In this document: positions 30,575 through 43,259 of the stretch, piece after piece
Numbering within the stretch: the stretch's first letter is position 1
Layout: the number at the start of each line of letters is the position of its first letter
DNA from: Minisyncoccota bacterium
Lineage (GTDB): Bacteria > Patescibacteriota > Minisyncoccia > Phycocordibacterales > XYD1-FULL-46-19
Reading direction: 5' to 3'
Length of the DNA stretch: 64,000 bases
NCBI GenBank assembly: GCA_041657405.1
Contig: JBBABX010000001.1
Location: 12,152 to 76,151, forward strand
Program-made: the position numbers and the translations under genes
Notes under the pieces: generated by a model
Database searches by the model: none
Seen by the model: the letters and a program-made list of their open reading frames with translations, nothing else
What the model was told of the DNA's origin: nothing

Positions 30575-31465
30575 TTATTTTTCGATTAATTCTTTTAGAC
30601 CTTCCTCTAATGAAACTCTTGGCTCCCAAGTCAACATTTTTTTGGCCTTATTGTTATCGGCTCGCGTATCATGTGGCTCAAAACGCGCCGGAATGTGCTC
30701 TATGGAACCACCAATCATTTTAGCAATCTCATTTATGCTATGATTACAACCAGCTCCGATATTTAGAACTTCACCACCTCCAACCGGTTTTTCCATTGCT
30801 AAAATATTCGCTCGCACTACGTCATGAACACTAGTAAAATCTCTAGTTTGAGTACCATCTCCAGTAATCGTCATCGGCAAACCTTTATCCTTTTGTTTTA
30901 AAAATTTACCAATAACCAAAGCATAAGCCCCTTCCGTATTTTGACGCGGACCATAAACATTAAAATAACGCAAACAAACTGTTGATAACTCGTAAACTTC
31001 AGAAAAAATTCGACAATACATCTCACCAATATATTTTTGCAAACCATAAGGACTTTTAGGTTGCGCCGGCATATCTTCGGTCAATGGCATAATTGGTTGG
31101 TCGCCATAAACCGCACTAGAAGCTGAATAAATTACCTTTTTAACCTTAGCTTCTTTAGCGGCCAACAACACATTTAAAGTCCCCCCAACATTTATCTGGT
31201 TAGTTTCCAAAGGATATTCAATAGAATAAGGCACGCTTGGCAAAGCTGCCAAATGAAAAACATAATCAATCCCCTCAAATATTGGCCTGATTTCCGAAAA
31301 ATTTGCCACATCTTTTTGATAAAAAATCGCCGCCGGATTGACATTTTCTCTTTTACCGCCAGACAAGTTATCGATAACGTAAATTTCATCACCTCTTTTA
31401 ACCATTTGGTCGGTCAAATTTGAACCAATAAAACCGGCACCGCCTGTGATAATAATTTTTGCCAT
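30575..31465 (-). CDS. NAD-dependent nucleotide-sugar epimerase/dehydratase
   Basis: TGGAGFIGS, SPYGLQK, LRYFNVYGP. Confidence 0.93.
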   Translation of the reverse strand: MAKIIITGGAGFIGSNLTDQMVKRGDEIYVIDNLSGGKRENVNPAAIFYQKDVANFSEIRPIFEGIDYVFHLAALPSVPYSIEYPLETNQINVGGTLNVLLAAKEAKVKKVIYSASSAVYGDQPIMPLTEDMPAQPKSPYGLQKYIGEMYCRIFSEVYELSTVCLRYFNVYGPRQNTEGAYALVIGKFLKQKDKGLPMTITGDGTQTRDFTSVHDVVRANILAMEKPVGGGEVLNIGAGCNHSINEIAKMIGGSIEHIPARFEPHDTRADNNKAKKMLTWEPRVSLEEGLKELIEK

Positions 31466-31469
31466 ATCC

Positions 31470-32780
31470 TTAGATACCTTTTCGCATTATTAAAGTTTTA
31501 ATCGTTTTTAGAGCAATACTAACATCCAACCAAAAACTGCGATTTTTAATATAATATAAATCATAAGCAAATTTAACCTTAGTTTCGTTGACGCTAATAC
31601 CATGATGAGGTTCGCCATCTTGGTGAATTTGTGCCCACCCCGAAAGACCAGGTTTGATAATATGTCTAATATTAAAATATGGAATATCTTGACTGTATAA
31701 AGCCACTGGATCAGCAAATTCTGGACGCGGACCTACTAATGACAAGTCGCCGATCAAAACATTCCATAATTGTGGTAATTCATCTATCCTAGTTTTACGC
31801 AAAAATTTACCGACTTTAGTCACTTCATTTCTACCCTCTCCCCACTTGGCACCATCGTAAGCAATTTTCATTGTGCGAAATTTAATTAAAGTAACTAGTT
31901 TTCCATCTTTACCTACTCTTTCTTGAAGAGAAAAGATAACTCCCCCATCGTCCAATTTGATAGCAACATAAACAAAAGGATAAACCAACAAAGAAATCAG
32001 CCCCGCGACCAAGGCAAAGGTAGCATCCATTAATCTTTTTAAGGCGTCATATACTGGCTTGGGTCGATTAGAAATATTTTCTAAAAACCATTGTTCTTTA
32101 ATAACATTGACCAACTCTCGGTCAAAAAGCTCTTCGTAAAGATTGTGAACTGAAATAAAACGAATACCAGAAAAAATCATCTTATAAAAATTTTTTAAGG
32201 CTTCATGAATATTTTCATCATACAAATCCACCACTACCGCAGTAACGCCAGATGATCCAATTTTTTTAATATCATCATAGTCAGCTATTTCTATGTTATA
32301 ACGAGGATTATTTTTTATCTCTTCTACAATCTCTGTTACTTCTGCTCCGCGACAAGTAAAAAGTATTTTTTCTCTTTGAGTTAAACTAATATTAGGCGCA
32401 AAAAAGCGACGCCAGCCAAAAATAAGAATGAAAGATAAAATCAAATCAAGAAACAATATTGTTTTTGGAGTAATTCCAAAATAAGGAATAAAATAAAAAA
32501 AGACAACCGCGATAGTGCTATTGACTAATAAAGAATTAAAAATCAATCTTGGTAGACGGCGTTGAAAAATCACTGTTTGTTTGCCGTAAAGACCAGCTAT
32601 GTAAAAAACCAGAATCCAAATCAAAAAAATCACCGAAAAGGGTTGAAGGTGTCGATAAAAAACTCCCTCTTCGGGCCAAGCCAAAGTCCTTAAAAATAGG
32701 GCCAGCCATAAAGCCAAATTGAAAAGCGCTAGGTCTCCCAACAATAAAATTATTGTTTCTTTTTTTGATTGCAATTTCAT
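31470..32780 (-). CDS. Priming polyprenyl-phosphate sugar phosphotransferase (WbaP/WcaJ family)
   Basis: KFRTM, FLRKTRIDELPQLWNVL.GDLSLVGPRPE, KPGLSGWAQ. Confidence 0.93.
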   Translation of the reverse strand: MKLQSKKETIILLLGDLALFNLALWLALFLRTLAWPEEGVFYRHLQPFSVIFLIWILVFYIAGLYGKQTVIFQRRLPRLIFNSLLVNSTIAVVFFYFIPYFGITPKTILFLDLILSFILIFGWRRFFAPNISLTQREKILFTCRGAEVTEIVEEIKNNPRYNIEIADYDDIKKIGSSGVTAVVVDLYDENIHEALKNFYKMIFSGIRFISVHNLYEELFDRELVNVIKEQWFLENISNRPKPVYDALKRLMDATFALVAGLISLLVYPFVYVAIKLDDGGVIFSLQERVGKDGKLVTLIKFRTMKIAYDGAKWGEGRNEVTKVGKFLRKTRIDELPQLWNVLIGDLSLVGPRPEFADPVALYSQDIPYFNIRHIIKPGLSGWAQIHQDGEPHHGISVNETKVKFAYDLYYIKNRSFWLDVSIALKTIKTLIMRKGI

Positions 32781-32936
32781 TTTTATCTGTGTTTATTTTG
32801 ATAATACAATAAAAAAACGTTTTTTACCAATATTGAACTGTCTTTAAACTCAAAAAATAAAAGTAGAAAATAGCAATAAAAAATGTATAATAAATGATAT
32901 CCATAACCAATTTTTGAAAAATTCTTTATCTAATCC

Positions 32937-34124
32937 GTGAATCCTAAAAAAACTAAAATTTTTTATTTGATAACCAAAGGTAATTTCGGCGGCGCACAAC
33001 GTTATGTTTTTGAATTGGCCAAACATCTCCCCTTAAACAGTTTTGAAGTTACTGTTATTATGGGCGAAGGAAAAGAATTAAAACAAAAATTGGAAAGAGC
33101 TCATATCAAAGTTAGACAATTAGAGACACTTAAACGTGATGTTGATATAAACGCGGACTGGCAGACATTCAAAACTTTATTTAAAATTCTACGACAAGAA
33201 AAGCCCGATATTATTCATCTAAACAGTTCTAAGATTGGCGGACTTGGTGCCTTGGCTGGCAGACTAGCTGGTGTATCCAAAATTATTTTCACCGCTCATG
33301 GTTGGGCTTTTAATGAGAAAAGAACTTGGATGGCTAAAAGGGTTATTCTCTTTTTTCATTGGTTAACAATTATTCTCTGTCACCAAATTATTGCTGTTTC
33401 AATTCAAACAAAAAAAGATATTGAAAAATTGCCTTTAACAAAAAATAAAATAGCTGTCATTTACAATGGTTTGGATGGCACTAAATTCTTTAATCGTTTT
33501 GTCGCCAGACGTGAATTATTTAATTATTTTCCCCAAGAAACCAAACAAATTGAAAAAACAGCCAACAGTTTGCAAACAAAATTTTGGATTGGCACTATTT
33601 CTGAACTTCACCCAAACAAAGGCTTAGATATTTTACTTGAAGCCTTTGCAAATGTCTTGAGAAAAACATTAGGCAGTTCTTTAGGTTGGTCATTAATTTT
33701 AGTAATCATTGGCGAGGGTGAAGAAAGAATGCGTCTGCAAAAATTTATCCATGACAAAAGATTAGAAGATCGAATTTTTTTGCTAGGTCAAGTGCCTGAT
33801 GCTAGGAACTATTTGAAAGCTTTTGACATCTTCACATTAACCTCGCGGACCGAGGCTCTCCCTTATGCCATCTTAGAAGCTGGTGCCGCTGGTCTACCTA
33901 TCGTAGCTTCAGAAGTTGGCGGTATCCCCGAAATTATCCCCGGACCAGAATATGGCATTCTCACCCCTCCAGAAAATATTAAAGAAATAGAAAAATCGCT
34001 TCTCTATATGCTAAAAAAACCAGATTACCGAAAATTGACCATCAACAACTTGAAGAAAAAAATCAGCAACAACTTTTCCTTAAAAAAGATGGTAATAAGA
34101 ACGATTGAACTGTATCAAGAATAA
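32937..34124 (+). CDS. GT4 glycosyltransferase
   Basis: GGAQRY, SRTEALPYAILEAG. Confidence 0.9.
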   Translation: MNPKKTKIFYLITKGNFGGAQRYVFELAKHLPLNSFEVTVIMGEGKELKQKLERAHIKVRQLETLKRDVDINADWQTFKTLFKILRQEKPDIIHLNSSKIGGLGALAGRLAGVSKIIFTAHGWAFNEKRTWMAKRVILFFHWLTIILCHQIIAVSIQTKKDIEKLPLTKNKIAVIYNGLDGTKFFNRFVARRELFNYFPQETKQIEKTANSLQTKFWIGTISELHPNKGLDILLEAFANVLRKTLGSSLGWSLILVIIGEGEERMRLQKFIHDKRLEDRIFLLGQVPDARNYLKAFDIFTLTSRTEALPYAILEAGAAGLPIVASEVGGIPEIIPGPEYGILTPPENIKEIEKSLLYMLKKPDYRKLTINNLKKKISNNFSLKKMVIRTIELYQE

Positions 34125-34242
34125 TCATAAATAACCAAAAATATTCATTCCACTATAACTCAGAAAAGGAAGTAGCTTTTTTGAATATTAACCTTTGTCT
34201 TTTTTGCGAGATTCCACGCCTATTCCATATGGTTTTCTGGGT

Positions 34243-35373
34243 TTATTGCGGCCCAATAAACTCATTCTTCACATCATCACGATGGTAAGCTAACGAATAA
34301 CGCTTCATTCCCATCAAAATCCCCAAGCCCATAAACTCTGCCAAAAGATGGGAGCCACCATAACTCAAAAAGGGTAAGGGCAAACCAGTCACTGGCAAAA
34401 GACCGATATTCATCCCAACATGGATCAACAAGTGGGCCATAAACATCACGGCCACACCCAAGCCAAATAATATTTCAAAATTAGTCGCTCCCTTCATCGC
34501 AATTGTTAAAATTCTCCAGATTATTAACCCAAATAAAAAGAAAAAGATAAGCACTCCCAAAAAACCCCACTCCTCAGCAAAGGCGGCAAAGATAAAGTCC
34601 GTTTGATATTCTGGTAAAAATTTTAACCTAGATTGGGTACCATAACCAACCCCCTTGCCGGTCAACTGACCAGAACCAACCGCAATAGTAGATTGAAAAG
34701 CATTATAACCAGCCCCTTGCACGTCCGCCAATGGATGCAAAAAACTCACAATACGATTTTTTTGGTAAGGCTGAAGAATAAACAACCAAGACATCACGAA
34801 AAAAATAATAGCCGCCGCCCCAAGCAAAAAGAGATGTTTTTTAGAAACACCCGAGACAAGAATCATCCCAAGCCAAATTAGGAAAATGATTAAGGCTGAA
34901 CCAAAATCTGGCTGGAGCATAATCGCTACAAATGGCAAAAAAGCATAAACACCAGAAATAATGATGTGTCTGACATTGGCAATTTCTATATGTCTCTTGG
35001 AAAAATATTTAGCTAACATCAGAACCAGAGCCAATTTCATAAAATCTGCCGGCTGCAAAGAAAGACTGCCTAAAGAAAGCCAGCTTTGAGCCCCCTTAGT
35101 TACCGTTCCAATAATAAAAAGTAACAACAAAAGACCCACCAAAGAAAGATAAATGCCAACCAAGACCCCGCTACGACGCAAAAACCGCCAATCAATCAAA
35201 CTAAAACTGAAAAAAAGCGCTAGTGAAAATAAAACCCAGGTTATTTGACGATAAAAAAAGTAACTTTCGTTAGTGAAAGAATTCATCGTTACCAAGCCAA
35301 AAATTAAAAGTGGCAAAAGACTGAAAAACAAAATCCAGTCAACTCGACTATCTTTCCGCAAAAGCCAAGTCAT
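34243..35373 (-). CDS. rodA: SEDS peptidoglycan polymerase RodA/FtsW
   Basis: LQPADFMK, QPDFG, FLPEYQTDFIFA, LPFLSYGGS. Confidence 0.9.
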   Translation of the reverse strand: MTWLLRKDSRVDWILFFSLLPLLIFGLVTMNSFTNESYFFYRQITWVLFSLALFFSFSLIDWRFLRRSGVLVGIYLSLVGLLLLLFIIGTVTKGAQSWLSLGSLSLQPADFMKLALVLMLAKYFSKRHIEIANVRHIIISGVYAFLPFVAIMLQPDFGSALIIFLIWLGMILVSGVSKKHLFLLGAAAIIFFVMSWLFILQPYQKNRIVSFLHPLADVQGAGYNAFQSTIAVGSGQLTGKGVGYGTQSRLKFLPEYQTDFIFAAFAEEWGFLGVLIFFFLFGLIIWRILTIAMKGATNFEILFGLGVAVMFMAHLLIHVGMNIGLLPVTGLPLPFLSYGGSHLLAEFMGLGILMGMKRYSLAYHRDDVKNEFIGPQ

Positions 35374-35377
35374 AATT

Positions 35378-36142
35378 TTATTTTAAATCAAAGGCATTTA
35401 TCCGCCAATAATTATCAATATAAGAAGGCTCTATTATAAAGGAGTCCGGCCAAGTCATAAATATTTCTTGGCTTTCGCCAGCCAACAAACTATCTACAAA
35501 AGTAGAGCTAGCAGCAAAAGCATTTTGGTTTATATCTGACAAAATTGTATTTATTTTTATTTCTTTGTAATTATCAAATGAATCATTTTTTACTTTCAAG
35601 CGCAAAATTGGATAAGGTTCATTTAAAAAACTTATTCGTTCAATAGAAATAATTCTCGGCACTGAAGAAATTTTTTCCCAGATTGGATATTCTTCTATTT
35701 CAAGAAAAGCCTTCACTGCTGAATAAGCTAAGTCAGATTTTATATTACTTTCAAAAATTATAAATTTCTCTCCAGGATTAACAAAAGTTTCTCCTTCACG
35801 TTTGACTAATTCTACATTGTCAACATCAAAAAGTCTAAAGGTATAAGTAATCTTTTTTACACCTAAACTTTGGTTCTCATTCTCTACCAAAGCAGCTACA
35901 TCATATTGTCCATCAGCAAGTTTAAAAGTTCTTGTCCAATAAATTTTAAGTGGTAAAGCGGTATGATGACAAACCCTAGCACAAGGACCACCACAATCAA
36001 TTCCCTCCTCACCTTGATTTTTTAGACCGTCAAAACAAGTCGGTGTCGGCTTATAAATAAAATAAAAAACGCCAGCCACTAAGGCCATAAAAAGAACGAC
36101 GCACGAAAAATAAGTTAGCTGACGTCTGCTGGACCATTTCAT
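35378..36142 (-). CDS. Conserved membrane-anchored hypothetical protein with Cys-rich CFDG..NQGE..IDCGGPC motif
   Basis: N-terminal TM followed by CFDGLKNQGEEGIDCGGPC; start trimmed to MKWSSRR. Confidence 0.75.
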   Translation of the reverse strand: MKWSSRRQLTYFSCVVLFMALVAGVFYFIYKPTPTCFDGLKNQGEEGIDCGGPCARVCHHTALPLKIYWTRTFKLADGQYDVAALVENENQSLGVKKITYTFRLFDVDNVELVKREGETFVNPGEKFIIFESNIKSDLAYSAVKAFLEIEEYPIWEKISSVPRIISIERISFLNEPYPILRLKVKNDSFDNYKEIKINTILSDINQNAFAASSTFVDSLLAGESQEIFMTWPDSFIIEPSYIDNYWRINAFDLK

Positions 36143-36356
36143 ACCAAAATGATAACATTGCTTATCAAGTTTTTCCAGCATCAAAATTTTAAATAAAATC
36201 TAAATCAATTTTTCAACCTAAAACCCAACAACTTAATTATCTTCTTAAGCTTTATTTTGAAAATTTTAAAAACAAAAAATCACCCTTGGTGGTGATTAAT
36301 TATTTTTCTTTTTTGTCCAAATTTTAAAATAAAATCTTGTCAGATTTCGAATACTT

Positions 36357-36468
36357 TGTTCCGGCGGTTAGCTACTCTCCCCTTGCGAGTACCATCGCTA
36401 CGACCGAGCTTAACTTCTCTGTTCGGGATGGTAAGAGGTGTGACCTCGGCGTCAAACCACCAGAACAA
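36357..36468 (-). rRNA. rrf: 5S rRNA
   Basis: Reverse complement contains CCATCCCGAACAGAGAAGTTAAG and GATGGTACT; flanked by processing stem atttcgaata/tattcgaaat. Confidence 0.92.
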
Positions 36469-36504
36469 AATATTCGAAATCAAACAAATGGTTTTCAAAT
36501 TTCC

Positions 36505-39665
<3,161 letters not shown>

Positions 39666-39801
39666 CCCATTAGGAAATTTAAAAACCATTATATTTATTT
39701 TTATACTTACATTTTTATTTTAGTGTTCTATGTTTTAAAAACATAGTTCTACCTTTTTCCATCTCTCAAACCACAAGACCCCTTGCATGTCTGATGATGG
39801 C

Positions 39802-39816
39802 ATTCAATTTTCAAAG
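39802..39816 (-). promoter_or_regulatory. boxA-like antitermination motif in 23S leader
   Basis: Minus strand CTTTGAAAATTGAAT between promoter and 23S 5' end. Confidence 0.55.
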
Positions 39817-39975
39817 TTCAGTCATTCAGAGAAACCTTATTCAAGACGGATATTCCAGCAAAGCTGAAATAAAAAACCGCTTGTTTCAAGCGGTCCAGAG
39901 CCAGGCCAAAACAATCGGGGCTACAGTTTCCGCTTAATTTTGGGTTTTTCTTTAATATTCATACTGACATTTATT

Positions 39976-40003
39976 AGTATATACGAAAATAAAAACGTGT
40001 CAA
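39976..40003 (-). promoter_or_regulatory. 23S-5S rRNA promoter
   Basis: TTGACA-16 bp-TATACT. Confidence 0.75.
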
Positions 40004-40114
40004 TACATAAACTTCAAACAACAAGATTTACCCCTATATAAAAATACCCATAAAATTATGGGTATTTTTATGAAATTCTTTTTTGATTTCAGATTTTGAT
40101 TTCAGAAGTAATAA

Positions 40115-40801
40115 TTAATCTCTTCGCGAAATTTCACCCCGCAACTTGTTAATAAAACTGGTTGCAGCTTCTCTACCACCCAAGCCAAAAGATAAACCAA
40201 GAGCGATAGAAACAGTGGCTACAATACCAGTCATAAAAATTTGCAAGAATGGCCCCATCATTCCCAATTGCTCAAGAGCCATCACAATCGCAAAAATCCA
40301 AATAAGCCATTTAGTGATGCCTCCAAAAAGCTCTGCGGAGCTAACACGAGCCGCACGAGCAGAAGCGACAACGACTTTCTGCAAAACATCAGCTACCACA
40401 GTCGCGATAATCAAAATAATCGTCGCGATAATAACGCTTGGAATGTAAGCCAAAATTTCACGCAAGAAATCACCAACTTCATTTAACTGGAGCACGTTCA
40501 AAGCTGCCACCAAAAAACCAAGAATAATAAACCATTTGACCAAGAAACCAAGAAACTTGCCTGTATCCAAACGATAACCAGCTTGTTCTATTAAACGATG
40601 CACATCAAGTTTTTCTAAGACGCGATCAATTTTTAGAGCACGGATAAGTTTGGCTACCCACAAACCAACAGCATCGCCAAACACCCAACCGATAACAAAC
40701 AGGATGATGGCAATTACGATGTTAGGAACATAAGTGACAATGCCAGAAACCAATTCTTGAAATGAACCGGCCAAGGCATTACCCCAACTTTGTAAATACA
40801 T
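40115..40801 (-). CDS. CmpX-like / conserved TM-helix repeat membrane protein (often annotated small-conductance mechanosensitive channel)
   Basis: Two YxPxxxxA TM repeats; ALGLSFGLGGRE motif. Confidence 0.8.
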   Translation of the reverse strand: MYLQSWGNALAGSFQELVSGIVTYVPNIVIAIILFVIGWVFGDAVGLWVAKLIRALKIDRVLEKLDVHRLIEQAGYRLDTGKFLGFLVKWFIILGFLVAALNVLQLNEVGDFLREILAYIPSVIIATIILIIATVVADVLQKVVVASARAARVSSAELFGGITKWLIWIFAIVMALEQLGMMGPFLQIFMTGIVATVSIALGLSFGLGGREAATSFINKLRGEISRRD

Positions 40802-40964
40802 ATCTAAAATGTTATTAATAAATTTACTTATAATTTCCAGTTTATTGACCTCATAATGAGGCTGGTTCGACCAATAAACCAGTAAAACCTTTATCTAATT
40901 CTAGCACAAAAATAATGAAATCTTTAACAATTTTGTGGATATCAAAAAAGACTCCAAAGAACCT

Positions 40965-41606
40965 CTAAATATTCATCTTATCAATAATTTTCTTATGAGG
41001 ATAATCCAATACGTCACGCAAAAATTTGTCACTAGAATAAAAACGATACGCAAAATCAGCCAAATTCATAATGGCATAGACCAGCTCACGTCCAATTTCA
41101 GATTCTATATCAACTACTGTTTTTTCAATTAATTTCTTTTTTAGATTGTCGCCAACCACAAGAATATCTACTCTTCTTCCCCCCTCTTGGACAAAAACCC
41201 CAGATAAAATTAGTAATTTAATTTTGCCGCAATTTTTAAATTTTTTCGCTAATTCATCGCGACTGACAAAAAAATCCGCGCTAAACAATGACTGAAGATG
41301 ATCTGTAAAAAAGAAATCTTGATTTAAGCCCCAAAGTCGATTGTGAATTGATTCACGGGGTGATTGTTTTTTCTTACCCTTTTTTGTCTTTTTACTTTTC
41401 TTAGTCGGCGTTGAATTAACAATTTTTTTAGTCTTAACCAAACCAATTGACTCCAAGAGCAAAAGTTCTTTTCGCAATTGTCCTGGCTTAATTTTTGTTT
41501 TTTGATGAAGTTCTTTCAAGAGATAAATATTATCTGGGTTAAACAAAAAAAGCCTAATCAACTTTACCCGATTGGGACCACCAAATAATTTTGGCAATAT
41601 TTCCAT
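40965..41606 (-). CDS. Winged-helix plus nucleotidyltransferase-like domain protein
   Basis: LFGGPNRVKLIRLFL N-terminus; LSGVF...VDILVVGD motif. Confidence 0.7.
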   Translation of the reverse strand: MEILPKLFGGPNRVKLIRLFLFNPDNIYLLKELHQKTKIKPGQLRKELLLLESIGLVKTKKIVNSTPTKKSKKTKKGKKKQSPRESIHNRLWGLNQDFFFTDHLQSLFSADFFVSRDELAKKFKNCGKIKLLILSGVFVQEGGRRVDILVVGDNLKKKLIEKTVVDIESEIGRELVYAIMNLADFAYRFYSSDKFLRDVLDYPHKKIIDKMNI

Positions 41607-41661
41607 AACTAAAATATACCGCAAAGATTAGCTCTAAGCAATAACAAAACTAAGTTCTAAA

Positions 41662-41701
41662 TTTTAAACGACTCAACCTGAACAGGTTGAGTCGTTTAAA
41701 A
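41662..41701 (-). terminator. Long perfect hairpin after rplL
   Basis: ttttaaacgactcaacctg-aa-caggttgagtcgtttaaaa. Confidence 0.7.
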
Positions 41702-41720
41702 AAAGAGTCTAAAACAAGCT

Positions 41721-42218
41721 CTATTTTACTTCAACTTTACCACCAGCTTCTTCAATCGCTTTCTTGATGTCATCAGCTTCGTCTTTCTTAGCGCCATCTT
41801 TCAAGACAGAAGGAGCAGCATCAACCAAATCTTTGGCTTCTTTCAAACCAAGACCTAATTTTTCTTTTACTGCTTTAATAACTTGAACTTTTTGGTCGCC
41901 AGCAGCTGTCAAGGTAACGGTAAAACTGTCTTTAGCTTCAGCCGCTTCGCCGCCAGCGGTTGCGCCACCGACCGCCATTACTGCTTGAGCCGATACTCCA
42001 AATTTTTCCTCCAAAAGTTTGACTAATTCATGAAGCTCTAAAACAGTCATTGATTCAACTTGTTCCACCAAGGCTTTGAATTTGTCTGGGATGACAACTT
42101 CGGTTTTGGTTTCTTCTTGTTTTACTTCTTTTTTAGATTCTTCAACCGGAGCTTCCGGCACTTTGATTTCTTTTTGCGACTCAACTTCAACAGTCGCGTC
42201 TTTCTTTTCTTCGTCCAT
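41721..42218 (-). CDS. rplL: 50S ribosomal protein L7/L12 with acidic N-terminal extension
   Basis: [33 protein letters not shown]. Confidence 0.97.
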   Translation of the reverse strand: MDEEKKDATVEVESQKEIKVPEAPVEESKKEVKQEETKTEVVIPDKFKALVEQVESMTVLELHELVKLLEEKFGVSAQAVMAVGGATAGGEAAEAKDSFTVTLTAAGDQKVQVIKAVKEKLGLGLKEAKDLVDAAPSVLKDGAKKDEADDIKKAIEEAGGKVEVK

Positions 42219-42252
42219 AATATTTTGAATTAAATTTTATAATTTTAATTTA

Positions 42253-42759
42253 TTAAGCTGTTTCCTTTTTTTGAGCAATCTGGTCAAGCGCCATCACCAA
42301 ACCTTGGATTGGCGAATTGATAAGATTCACAAATTGCGCGTACAAGGTCTCTCGATTTGGAATTTTAGCCATTTGTATTACAAAATCTGCATCTACAAAT
42401 GAACCGTTATAAATACCTCCAACAATTTTTATGACTTCAGCATTTTTTTTCTGAAAATCATAAATCTCTTTAATAGGCAAAAGAGTATCTCCTTCTTCGT
42501 TAGTAAGATAAGACAATGCAATTTCACCTTCTAACTCTGGCATCTCGCCATCAAAGTTAGCCTCGCCCAGAGTGCGCTTGATCAAGGTCTTCTTGGCGAC
42601 ATAATAGCCAACTTCTTTAAGACGTAAATTTTTCCGCAAATCATTAACCCCTTCAACCGACAGGCCGTGGAAATTAACAAAAACAATCGTCTTGCCTTTG
42701 TCGGCGATGAATTTAAGTTTCTCAACAATAGCAGATTTTTTTTCTTTAGTTATTGCCAT
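42253..42759 (-). CDS. rplJ: 50S ribosomal protein L10
   Basis: GLSV...LRKNLR, VAKKTL, adjacent to rplL. Confidence 0.96.
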   Translation of the reverse strand: MAITKEKKSAIVEKLKFIADKGKTIVFVNFHGLSVEGVNDLRKNLRLKEVGYYVAKKTLIKRTLGEANFDGEMPELEGEIALSYLTNEEGDTLLPIKEIYDFQKKNAEVIKIVGGIYNGSFVDADFVIQMAKIPNRETLYAQFVNLINSPIQGLVMALDQIAQKKETA

Positions 42760-42954
42760 ATAATAAATAAACTTTAGCGAACAAAGCTAGTTTTCCATTG
42801 TTTGTAAATGACCAAACAATGGAAAAATTTTAGTCATTTTTTTCTTTCTCTTGGTTCACCCTTGACTCTTGAGAGAAACAAAATTATTGAAAATTATGAA
42901 GACTTCATTTCTTTAATTCTCAATAAAAAAAACGGCTAAAAACCGCTTGGATCG

Positions 42955-43023
42955 ACACGTCGCCCGAGTATTCTCGGCGACCCTCGGTAGGATTTAATCT
43001 TGCGATACCTACTGTCTACGGTT
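42955..43023 (-). ncRNA. Ribosomal protein L10 leader RNA
   Basis: Minus strand CCGTAGACAGTAGG...TTAAATCCTACCGAGG matches the L10 leader core, upstream of rplJ. Confidence 0.8.
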
Positions 43024-43100
43024 GATTTTATTATTAACTATTTTAAATCGAAAGTCAACAAAAAAATATTGAGAAAACATTGAGATTGATCGTTAAAATT

Positions 43101-43259
43101 CTATTCTGCCTCACCAGTACCTGCAAAATTTGTCTCACTAGATGGTTCTTTTAAATTACCAATGGAACCAAAGTAAAACAATAGGCCGACCGCCATCGCC
43201 AAAATCGCCAAGAATCCCGTCAACATCCGCCAAAAATTACAATTTAAATACTTAAACAT
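43101..43259 (-). CDS. 52-aa single-TM protein (below ORF-track cutoff)
   Basis: MFKYLNCNFWRMLTGFLAILAMAVGLLFYFGSIGNLKEPSSETNFAGTGEAE; ATG overlaps the upstream TGA (TGATG). Confidence 0.6.
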   Translation of the reverse strand: MFKYLNCNFWRMLTGFLAILAMAVGLLFYFGSIGNLKEPSSETNFAGTGEAE

